Shown piece by piece: positions 33,036 through 40,698 of a DNA stretch of 64,000 bases (position 1 is the first letter of the stretch; every line of letters begins with the position of its first letter). Below the pieces are notes generated by a model. The model worked only from the letters and a program-made list of their open reading frames with translations. It ran no database searches and was not told where the DNA came from. The stretch covers positions 1,248,001-1,312,000 of the forward strand of contig OZ252220.1 of NCBI GenBank assembly GCA_965249135.1, in the 5' to 3' direction. This DNA is from Alphaproteobacteria bacterium. GTDB taxonomy: Bacteria > Pseudomonadota > Alphaproteobacteria > GCA-2746255. The translations under genes and the position numbers were made by a program.

Positions 33036-33710
33036 TTAGCCATCGCGCAGGATTTGCAGCATCCGCAGGCGCACGGACTCGATCTTGAGCAGTTCCTCGA
33101 TGAAGTACTCGCAGTTGTCGCCGCAATCTGTCTGGCGCCATCGAATGATGGCGTCGTAGTCGATCTCCAGCAGGTCACAGAACTCCCGCCCGGTCATCGC
33201 CTCATCGAAGGCTATTCGTCGCTTAAAGCCGTTCCATATCGCTTTCCGGTCATCCTGATTGAAGGCGCAGAAGTGCGCCCGGAATCGATACTGGATGTGC
33301 TGGGCGTTGTGCTCGATGAACCCATGCATGGCCTGGCGCTCTGCGCTGGCCTTCTTGGTGTCGAACACATGGCCGTCCTTCAACTCGACGATGTGGCATG
33401 TTTGCATGCCGCCACGGCGCTTGAACACCATGAAGTCCGGTTCCGATCCGGCGAAGTCCAGGGTGGTGCTCCGCTTGATTTGGCGCTTGCGGGCGAGCAA
33501 CACGCCTTCGGGCATGATCTCCTGCTCTAGGAAGGCGTCGAGGCCGGAGATGTTGGGAACCGCTGCCACGATCATTGCTTCGAGTTCCGAGCCCGACGAG
33601 ATGACGGCGGACTGAACCTTGCTGGCCAACTCGCCTAACGCGGCATTGCCGAACAGTCGCTCGTAGGCGCCCGACGTGTTCTTGGGCTTGGCGTTCCGAA
33701 GGCGGGCCAT
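33036..33710 (-). CDS. putative type II restriction endonuclease (PD-(D/E)xK)
   Basis: EPDFMVF...HIVELKDG catalytic-like motif; 5 nt downstream of the MTase; TAA stop lies inside the TIR. Confidence 0.7.
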   Translation of the reverse strand: MARLRNAKPKNTSGAYERLFGNAALGELASKVQSAVISSGSELEAMIVAAVPNISGLDAFLEQEIMPEGVLLARKRQIKRSTTLDFAGSEPDFMVFKRRGGMQTCHIVELKDGHVFDTKKASAERQAMHGFIEHNAQHIQYRFRAHFCAFNQDDRKAIWNGFKRRIAFDEAMTGREFCDLLEIDYDAIIRWRQTDCGDNCEYFIEELLKIESVRLRMLQILRDG

Positions 33711-33715
33711 GGAGC

Positions 33716-34471
33716 CTAGTCGTTCAGGTCACAGCCGAGGAAGGTGCGCCGCCTGTTCCGCGCTGCCTGAAGCACAGAGAATGAGCCGGCTGCCGGGTCG
33801 ATCACAAAATCGCCTTCGTGGCTCACGGCGGCCATTAGCTCGCCCTGAAGGTCCACCGGCTTCGTGTGCGGATGGTTGCGTTGCGAGACCTGCTCTTGAA
33901 TCACGTCCGGGATGTTGTGAATCTTCCACACGCCTTTGGCTTTGCGCGGCTGCTTCTGCAAGACGACGCAATATTCCGCCCGGCGCCGGGTGCGATAGCC
34001 CATGCCGAAAGTGCCTTTGTCCCATGTCACCAAGTCCACGATGTCGAGACTCGTTCCGTCCAGCCAAGCATGGATGCCTTGGCAGAGATGAAACTTGTCG
34101 ATCCACAGGAACAGGTGGCCGGACGGAATCAGCGCCCGGTCAATGCCGCGCACGAAGCCGCCGATCACGGCGTCGGTCATCTGCTCCAAGGCACATCTCC
34201 GCTTGCCGCGGTCCTTGCCTTCGTTGCCGTAGGACAGTTTTTCGAGCACGCCGCGATATTGCGGATCAAGGAACGCTACGGGGATAGCGTTGGCCGGAAG
34301 CACGGACAGGAACTCAAGGCCGTCCATCTTGAGCCGGACGTTTGGCTTTAGCGCATCGGGCAGCGCTAATGGCGGCGCATGGACGGTTCTTTGCCCCGAG
34401 AACACCGTCGCCGTGAGCGTGTCCATCGTTGTGTCGATAGGCTCTACAAGCTGCTTGGCTTTGCGCGGCAT
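33716..34471 (-). CDS. N6-adenine/N4-cytosine DNA methyltransferase (beta-class order)
   Basis: motif IV FLDPQY, HPHTKP, motif I VIDPAAGS; start MPRKAK with GGGGA RBS. Confidence 0.85.
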   Translation of the reverse strand: MPRKAKQLVEPIDTTMDTLTATVFSGQRTVHAPPLALPDALKPNVRLKMDGLEFLSVLPANAIPVAFLDPQYRGVLEKLSYGNEGKDRGKRRCALEQMTDAVIGGFVRGIDRALIPSGHLFLWIDKFHLCQGIHAWLDGTSLDIVDLVTWDKGTFGMGYRTRRRAEYCVVLQKQPRKAKGVWKIHNIPDVIQEQVSQRNHPHTKPVDLQGELMAAVSHEGDFVIDPAAGSFSVLQAARNRRRTFLGCDLND

Positions 34472-34481
34472 GGTGTTCCCC

Positions 34482-35417
34482 TTAATCGGCGGTGAGTCCC
34501 TTGTAGCCCAGCACGCCGCCCGCGTTGCGAAGGCTCTGGTCAATATGGGCCATGGTGCCCCAGTCGCGCCGATTGTGTCGAGTGGCAAACTCATCGACAT
34601 AGCGGCCCATGTGCTTTTCGGAGAAGTGGTGGAAGGTTCCGATGTAGCCGCGCTTCAGGAGCGCCCAGAACGACTCGATGCCGTTCGTGTGTGCCATCCC
34701 GCTGACGTATTCGCCGACCGAATGCTCGACGGTCTCGTGCGTGTATTCGCCCATGCCCTGATAGGCTTTGTGGCCGTCCGTGTAGATCGTTGTGCCGGGC
34801 TTGACCTCGGAACGCACCGCGCCTTGCAGGTGCGCCGCGTCCGTCCCGTCAATCGGGCGGGCTTTGATGCGCCCAGACTTGCGCTCGCGCATTCCGATAA
34901 CCGGCTGCTTCCCGACACCGCCGCGCCCCATGCGGAGCTTCTTGTTCGAGTGCTTGTTCTTTTCCTTGCCGCCGATATAGGTCTCGTCAACCTCAACCTC
35001 ACCAGACATCGGATTGCCGACGCCGGACTTGTTCAGCCACATCTCGCGGATGCGCTGCGAAAGATACCATGCGGTTTTCTGCGTGCAGCCAAGCTCGCGG
35101 GCCATCTGGCAACTTGAGATCGACTTCTTGGCAATGACCATGAGATAGATCGCGTAGAGGCATTTGCGTGGCGACAGGTTGGCCGAATGGAACACCGTTC
35201 TGGTCGTGACCGAGAAGTGCTTGCGGCAATCCTTGCAGCGATAGGGTTGGGGGTTCTCGTTCGCGACATGGCTGATCCGAACGCTCCCGCAGTGCGGGCA
35301 GTAAGGATCGTCGCCCCAGCGCATCCGCTCGATGTGAGCCCGCGCATCCTTGTCCGTCGGGAACCGCGCCATGAAGTCCCAGGTGCTCATGATCTCGGGT
35401 TTGTTGCGCTTCGCCAT
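34482..35417 (-). CDS. IS1595-family (ISXO2-like) transposase
   Basis: Zn ribbon CPHC...CKDC, HTH, EVDETYIGG, YTDG, HTNGIESFW, RYVDEF; GGGGAG RBS. Confidence 0.95.
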   Translation of the reverse strand: MAKRNKPEIMSTWDFMARFPTDKDARAHIERMRWGDDPYCPHCGSVRISHVANENPQPYRCKDCRKHFSVTTRTVFHSANLSPRKCLYAIYLMVIAKKSISSCQMARELGCTQKTAWYLSQRIREMWLNKSGVGNPMSGEVEVDETYIGGKEKNKHSNKKLRMGRGGVGKQPVIGMRERKSGRIKARPIDGTDAAHLQGAVRSEVKPGTTIYTDGHKAYQGMGEYTHETVEHSVGEYVSGMAHTNGIESFWALLKRGYIGTFHHFSEKHMGRYVDEFATRHNRRDWGTMAHIDQSLRNAGGVLGYKGLTAD

Positions 35418-35439
35418 GTTCTGTCTCCCCATGGCTAGA

Positions 35440-35468
35440 AATATAGGGTTACGACGGCGTAATGTCAA
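35440..35468 (-). promoter_or_regulatory. sigma70-type promoter for tnp-M-R
   Basis: minus strand TTGACA-17 nt-TATATT, 22 nt upstream of the transposase ATG. Confidence 0.75.
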
Positions 35469-35533
35469 GAGACATAATATCTCGTTATATCAATTAGTTA
35501 GACAGTATTTGGCTAAAATAGTATATAATCCCC

Positions 35534-35541
35534 TAAAAAAG
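35534..35541. repeat. 8-bp target site duplication, right copy (TAAAAAAG)
   Basis: identical to 33011-33018. Confidence 0.9.
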
Positions 35542-35565
35542 GGTGGCCTGGGGCCGCCCTTTTTT
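35535..35565. terminator. bidirectional-type terminator downstream of tRNA-Gln
   Basis: AAAAAA-GGGTGGCC-TGG-GGCCGCCC-TTTTTT. Confidence 0.75.
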
Positions 35566-35566
35566 C

Positions 35567-35640
35567 TGGTTGGGGCGGCAGGATTCGAACCTGCGATCAC
35601 GGGACCAAAGCCCGTTGCCTTGCCACTTGGCTACGCCCCA
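35567..35640 (-). tRNA. tRNA-Gln(TTG)
   Basis: TGGGGCGTAGCCAAGTGG...ACGGG-CTTTGGT-CCCGT...GGTTCGAATCC...CCCCAACCA, 74 nt, CCA encoded. Confidence 0.96.
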
Positions 35641-35844
35641 AAACCGGTGCCCGGAAGGTAGGCGCAAAAAGCCCGCCTCCGCAAGGGAGGGCCCTTACCT
35701 TCCGGCCCGCCTTCGCGCCACCAGAAAGGGCGGCGAAGAATAAAGGAGGACCCGACCCGGAAGCGCCGGAAACGAGCCGGGCCTTAAGGGCACTACTCCT
35801 TGTGCCCGCCGGGGCGACCGGGGTAGGATTTCGGGGAGGGAAGT

Positions 35845-36015
35845 ATGACCGGCTGGAAACTCGAAGGCATCTCGACGACGGCCCGTGAGGCGGCGAAGGA
35901 AGCCGCCCGGGAGCAAAAACTACCCTTGGGTGAATGGCTAAGCCGGTTGATTCTAAGGGCCTCCGAGAGCCGGAAAACGGGCCCCGGGGGGCCCGGAAAA
36001 CCGGGAGCGGATTAG
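35845..36015 (+). CDS. 56-aa small protein consisting of a PodJ N-terminal-like (RHH-like) motif
   Basis: hand translation MTGWKLEGISTTAREAAKEAAREQKLPLGEWLSRLILRASESRKTGPGGPGKPGAD; GGGGAGG RBS; aligns with the N-termini of the next two genes; below the ORF-track length cutoff. Confidence 0.72.
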   Translation: MTGWKLEGISTTAREAAKEAAREQKLPLGEWLSRLILRASESRKTGPGGPGKPGAD

Positions 36016-36036
36016 CCCTACGCCGCACTACTTTTC

Positions 36037-36065
36037 TTGACTTGGGTAGCGCCACCCCTTACATT
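36037..36065 (+). promoter_or_regulatory. sigma70-type promoter
   Basis: TTGACT-17 nt-TACATT upstream of the CDS at 36136. Confidence 0.55.
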
Positions 36066-36135
36066 TCGCCCGTTTTGTTGGACCGTTAACGAACCCCGGC
36101 CAAGGGAGACGGATCACCAATTAAGGCGAGGTCGG

Positions 36136-36651
36136 ATGGCTTCCCAGTCGCCCTGGAGCATTAAAGGCATCGATCCGGAAGCGCGCGAGGCCGCCAAGAT
36201 GGCGGCCTGCAAGGCCGGTATGACCCTTGGCGGCTGGCTCACCCGGACCATCCTTGCCATCGCCGCCCACGAGCTCAAGCGGGACGGCGGCAAGAAGGCG
36301 CCGCCGGAATGGGCGGAGAGCGACGGTCCCGACCTTTCGGCCCCCTCGCCGCCGGCGCTGACGGAGCAGGCGATCCTCAAAAGCATCCAGCAGCTCATCC
36401 AGCGGGTCGAGCATATCGAGCAGGTGACCCAGGAGACGATCGCGGCGATCACCGAGAAGGTCGGGGAACTCGCCGAACGCATCCAGGAGGTGAACGAGAA
36501 GACCGGTCTTACCTCCGGCCCGATGGAGCGGGCGCTACAACGATTGTCGGAACGGATGGACCATCTGGATGCGGAAGAAGCACCGTCGCCCGAGGAGGCC
36601 CATCCCCGGCACCGCCGCCGCCGCTTCGCCCGCATGTTCAACCTTCCCTGA
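36136..36651 (+). CDS. PodJ N-terminal-like motif plus coiled-coil protein (171 aa)
   Basis: MASQSPWSIKGIDPEAREAAKMAACKAGMTLGGWLTRTI resembles the Caulobacter PodJ N-terminus; heptad-rich middle. Confidence 0.75.
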   Translation: MASQSPWSIKGIDPEAREAAKMAACKAGMTLGGWLTRTILAIAAHELKRDGGKKAPPEWAESDGPDLSAPSPPALTEQAILKSIQQLIQRVEHIEQVTQETIAAITEKVGELAERIQEVNEKTGLTSGPMERALQRLSERMDHLDAEEAPSPEEAHPRHRRRRFARMFNLP

Positions 36652-36664
36652 AGGAGAGCCTCTT

Positions 36665-37849
36665 ATGACGACGCAAGGGGCCTGGTACCCGAAGGGCGTC
36701 GGCCCGGAAGCCAGGCGGGCGGCAAAGGAGGCGGCGAAACGGGCCGGCGTGCCGATCGGGCAATGGGTCGAGGCGATGATCCTTCGCCACACCCGAAGCC
36801 CAGGCCTTAAGACCCGCCCTAGCCCGGAGGCCCGAAAGGCTCCGGAGTTCGAACTCCTCTCCCGCGAAGAGCCGATGGAGGAAATGGGAGGCGGGCGCTA
36901 CCCGGCACTGCCTCCACGCCGGATCCACCGGCAGCTCTGCTGGCTGGCCGGCGGGTCCCTGGTCATGCTCATCTTCCTTATCGTAGGCTTCGGGCTTTTC
37001 TGGATCGGGCAGCAGCAGGAAGCCCAACCCCAGCGGACCGCCGACGCGCAAGCCAAGCCTTCGCCGCCGACGGATCTCAGCCGGGCCACGTTGAACCAGA
37101 TCCGCAGTGCCGCCCAGGCCGGCGACCGGGAGGCCCAGTTCACCCTCGGTGCGCGCTACGCGCTGGGCGAGTGGGTGCCCAAGGACGAGCTGGCCGCCGC
37201 CGACTGGTTCGAGAAGGCGGCCCTTCAGGGCCACCCGGAGGCCCAATACCGGTTAGGGCTCCTCTACGAGGAAGGGCGCGTCGTCGCGCAGAACCTTTTC
37301 GAAGCCTTCTTCTGGTTCCAAAGCGCGGCCGACCAGGGCCACCTCGAATCCTAGTTCAAGGCCGGCGTCGCCTATGCGGAAGGCATCGGCATCGGCGAGG
37401 ATCCGAAGAAGGCGGCAACGTGGCTGCTGGCCAGCGCCGAGCGCGACCACGCCGGCGCCATGGTTCGCCTGGCCGAACTTTACGATCGCGGCGAAGGGGT
37501 GGCGAAGGACCCGGAGGCGGCGGCCCGCTGGAAGGCGATGGCTGCCGCCATCGCGCCCGAGGAAAAACCGGGAAAGACGGATGTCCAGATCGTCATCCTC
37601 GACAAGGCGCCGATGCCTAGCGGCCTGGAGGCGGCGCTGGATCCGCGCGCGCTCGAGACGATGGAGCGGCTGCTCGCCGGGCTCGGTTTCGAGCCGGGCC
37701 CCGTCGACGGGGCCGTCACGGACGAGACGGTGGCGGCGATCCGACTCTATCAAGCCTTCGCGGGCCTTGAGGTCGATGGCCGGCCCAGCGCGCTCCTCCT
37801 CGAAGAGTTGCGTCAGGTGTCCCAGACGGCGGGGCTGAAGCTGAACTGA
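36665..37849 (+). pseudogene. PodJ-like protein (N-motif, TM, Sel1 repeats, peptidoglycan-binding domain) with an in-frame TAG at 37352-37354
   Basis: the Sel1 pattern continues in frame through the stop (QGHLES*FKAGVAYAEGIG); C-terminal LGFEPGPVDG...TVAAIRLYQ...GLEVDG is PG-binding-like. Confidence 0.75.
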
Positions 37850-37869
37850 CGGCCGGGCCTGGCTAAATC

Positions 37870-38760
37870 TCACGCGCCGGAAAGAAGCTCCGTCGCCGCG
37901 ATCCACCAGTTGGGGTGGGAATTTAAGAGCGCTTTCGCCGCCGCTTCGGCCGCGAGGCGGTCGCCATAGAGCCCGAAGCAGGTCGTCCCGCTTCCCGACA
38001 TCCGCGAAAGCAGGCAATGGGGCGTGCCGGCGATGGCCGAAAGCACGCCGGCGATCTCCGGCGCGAGCGCGACGGCGGCCTCCGTGAGATCGTTGCGCCG
38101 GGCCTTCAAATAGAGCGCGAGCGCCGCCGCATCCTTGGGCAAGGCCTGGCAAGCGGCGGGTTTCGACACCGTCCCCCCATGGGCCTTAAAGACGGCCGCC
38201 GTCGAAAGGGCCGCGCCCGGATTGACCAGAACGAGACCGGCCAAGGGGAGCCCCTGAACCGGCGTCAGTATCTCGCCGACGCCGCCGACGAAGGCCGGGC
38301 GGCCTTCGATGCAGACAGGCACGTCCATGCCGAGTTCGAGACCAAGGTTTTGAAGCGCGGGCGCCTCAACGCCAAGCCCCCAAAGTCGGGTGAGACCCAA
38401 AAGCGTCGCCGCCGCATCCGCCGAGCCGCCGCCGAGGCCGGCCGCGACAGGCAGGTTCTTGGTCAGCGTGATCGCCGCGCCATCGTTCACATGGTGAAGC
38501 CGGCCCAGATGACGGGCGGCCCGAAGCACGAGGTTGTCGTCGAGGTCCACCTCGCCAAGGGCGGCGGCAAAGGGGCCGCGAAGCACAAGGCTCAACGTGT
38601 CGTCCGGGCGAAAGGCGAGTTCGTCGTGGAGCCTCGCGAAGACGACGAGACTGTCGAGCAGATGGTACCCGTCTTTGCGGACGCCGGTGACGTGGAGGTA
38701 GAGATTGAGTTTCACCGGTGCCGTAAGATGAAATTCGCCGCGAACCGTCTTTTCCGTCAC
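37870..38760 (-). CDS. ispE: 4-diphosphocytidyl-2-C-methyl-D-erythritol kinase
   Basis: APVKLNLYLHV, DGYHLLDS, PVAAGLGGGSADAA, MSGSG. Confidence 0.95.
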   Translation of the reverse strand: MTEKTVRGEFHLTAPVKLNLYLHVTGVRKDGYHLLDSLVVFARLHDELAFRPDDTLSLVLRGPFAAALGEVDLDDNLVLRAARHLGRLHHVNDGAAITLTKNLPVAAGLGGGSADAAATLLGLTRLWGLGVEAPALQNLGLELGMDVPVCIEGRPAFVGGVGEILTPVQGLPLAGLVLVNPGAALSTAAVFKAHGGTVSKPAACQALPKDAAALALYLKARRNDLTEAAVALAPEIAGVLSAIAGTPHCLLSRMSGSGTTCFGLYGDRLAAEAAAKALLNSHPNWWIAATELLSGA

Positions 38761-38766
38761 CGTTCT

Positions 38767-40566
38767 TCAGTCGCCCTTGTCAACGGTGGCGGGAAGACCA
38801 CTATGAAGTTTCGACTGGATGCTGGCGTTGAGTTTGGGGTCGGCATCGTTGTCGGCGTTGAAGGCAAGCGCGCGCCGCCACTGGAAGCGTGCTTCGTAGC
38901 GCCGGCCGACCTGCCAATAGACGTCGCCAAGGTGGTCGTTGATGATCGGATCGTGGGGCCGAAGCTGCACCGCCAGTTCGAGATGCGGAAGCGCCTCGGC
39001 ATATTGTCCGGTGCGATAAAGTGCCCAGCCCAAGCTGTCGACGATGTAGCCATCCTTCGGCCTTAGCTCGATGGCGCGTTCGATCAGGCGCTGGGCCTCG
39101 TCCATCCTCTCGCCCTTCTCCAGCCAGGCATACCCTAAGTAATTGAGAACATAGGGTTGATCCGGCTGGAGTTCAAGCGCATGCAGCAGATCCGCCTGGG
39201 CGCGCTCCCACTCGTCCGACTGCTCGAGCGCGATGCCCCGTGCATAGAAAAGGGTCCAATGATGGGGCTCGATCTTCTTGATGCGCTTGATCGCCTCACC
39301 GTATGCGGCGACCGCCTCCCGGTAGAGATCGTGCAAGCGAAGCAGCGCACCCAGTTCGACCAGCGCATCGATTCGTTCCGGACGTTCCCTCGCCATCGCC
39401 TTCAGCAGACGCTTTGCTTTCAGCCTCTCATTCAGGGCATCGTAATTTTTGGCGATGCGAATCCGGCTAAGCCATCCCCAGGCGGTGTCGGGAGGGATCC
39501 GTTCGTACATCCGGATGGCGGCGCGGTGGCGATTGTGTACCTCATGAATCTCCGCCACCAGGACGTTGGCCTCGTAAAAATCCTTGCGAAGATTTATCGC
39601 CAGCTGGGCAAAGACCAGTTCGAAGCCGAACGAATTTTGCTGATAAAGCGCACTTTGCTGATGAAAGAGAACGGCGAGACTGTAAAAGACTTCCGCCACC
39701 CCCTCGATGGGGTTTCCCACGAGACGCCGCGTGGGCTTCTTATGGTCGAGACGGCCCTTGCGTGCGTCCAGGACGAGGGAGGCGCTGTTGTCGGAAATAT
39801 ATTTTTCGTAAAGGTCGCGGGCTTCCGCTTTACGGTTGTGCCGCTCATAGAAATTGCCCAATGCCTCGACGGCCCGCAAGGTCGGCGAATAATTGCCGAG
39901 CGCCGTGATGTAGTTGCCTTCCGCCGAATCGGTTTTGTCGCTGAGGTCATAGAGCAGCGCGAGATGATATTTATAGACCGCCTCGAAACCTTCCGTTTTC
40001 GCAAGCTTGCCCATCACTTCGATGGCCTTCTCACGGTCGCCCAAAGCGAAGTGTGCCCACGCCGAAAAAAGCGGACGAAGATAGACGTTCAAGCCGCGCC
40101 GTGGCATCTTCTCCAGATGGGCGAGCGCCTCAGCGTATCGTTTGTTCCTAAATTCGCGCTCTACTAAATAAAGTCCGGCGATCGGATCGTCCGGTCCGGC
40201 TTCGACGATGCGCTGAGCCAGTTTGTCGGCTTCCTGAAAGCGGCCCTCGCCGGCCACCAGATAGAAGGTGCGGCGAAGCAGCTCCAGGTTCTCCGGCTCA
40301 TAGGCCAAGGCGGCGGCCATGAAGTCGGCGGCCGCACCGAAGTCGCGGATGAGGGTGGCATGCTGGCCGGCGAGGTAGCTGCCGGCGAAGTTCGACTCGA
40401 ATTCCTCCGGTTGGACGCCACGATAGGACGCGCTGTCCTCTCGCCCCTCGTCACAGGCGGCAAGGAGAAGGATCGAAGCCAGGCCCAGAGCGCCGGCACG
40501 TAAGCGGCGCAGGGCGGCCCTCAACGCTTGCCCGAACTCCCCAGAAAAGAACAAAAAATCTGCCAT
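38767..40566 (-). CDS. tetratricopeptide-repeat lipoprotein
   Basis: lipobox-like LLAAC, many TPRs, LNYLGY, DSLGW, DHLGDVYW. Confidence 0.85.
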   Translation of the reverse strand: MADFLFFSGEFGQALRAALRRLRAGALGLASILLLAACDEGREDSASYRGVQPEEFESNFAGSYLAGQHATLIRDFGAAADFMAAALAYEPENLELLRRTFYLVAGEGRFQEADKLAQRIVEAGPDDPIAGLYLVEREFRNKRYAEALAHLEKMPRRGLNVYLRPLFSAWAHFALGDREKAIEVMGKLAKTEGFEAVYKYHLALLYDLSDKTDSAEGNYITALGNYSPTLRAVEALGNFYERHNRKAEARDLYEKYISDNSASLVLDARKGRLDHKKPTRRLVGNPIEGVAEVFYSLAVLFHQQSALYQQNSFGFELVFAQLAINLRKDFYEANVLVAEIHEVHNRHRAAIRMYERIPPDTAWGWLSRIRIAKNYDALNERLKAKRLLKAMARERPERIDALVELGALLRLHDLYREAVAAYGEAIKRIKKIEPHHWTLFYARGIALEQSDEWERAQADLLHALELQPDQPYVLNYLGYAWLEKGERMDEAQRLIERAIELRPKDGYIVDSLGWALYRTGQYAEALPHLELAVQLRPHDPIINDHLGDVYWQVGRRYEARFQWRRALAFNADNDADPKLNASIQSKLHSGLPATVDKGD

Positions 40567-40698
40567 CCCGCCTCGCCCGAATCGCGAGTCCTCGAATCGC
40601 GAATCCCAAGTCCTCCCCCTCCTTTCAAATTAGGGGGTTTCCCCGCTCCTCGCAAGCCGGCCCGGGGGACCTTCGCCTTAAAACGGCCCAAGCAAGCC

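Larger units (their letters stand above)
33019..35533 (-). mobile_element. IS1595-family transporter IS (2515 bp) carrying a methyltransferase and a restriction endonuclease
   Basis: TIRs GGGACTTATATACGATTTTAGCCA (33019-33042) and, reverse-complemented, GGGGATTATATACTATTTTAGCCA (35510-35533), 21/24 identical; 8-bp TSD; IS1595-type transposase. Confidence 0.93.

Noticed and set aside
33011-35640. tRNA-targeted integrative island or prophage
   Set aside because: No integrase and no duplicated tRNA 3' end; TIRs and TSD fully explain the insert as an IS
37352-37354. Pyrrolysine or genome-wide TAG recoding
   Set aside because: TAG terminates many normal genes here (ompR, hldD, prs, atpB), and no pyl genes are visible
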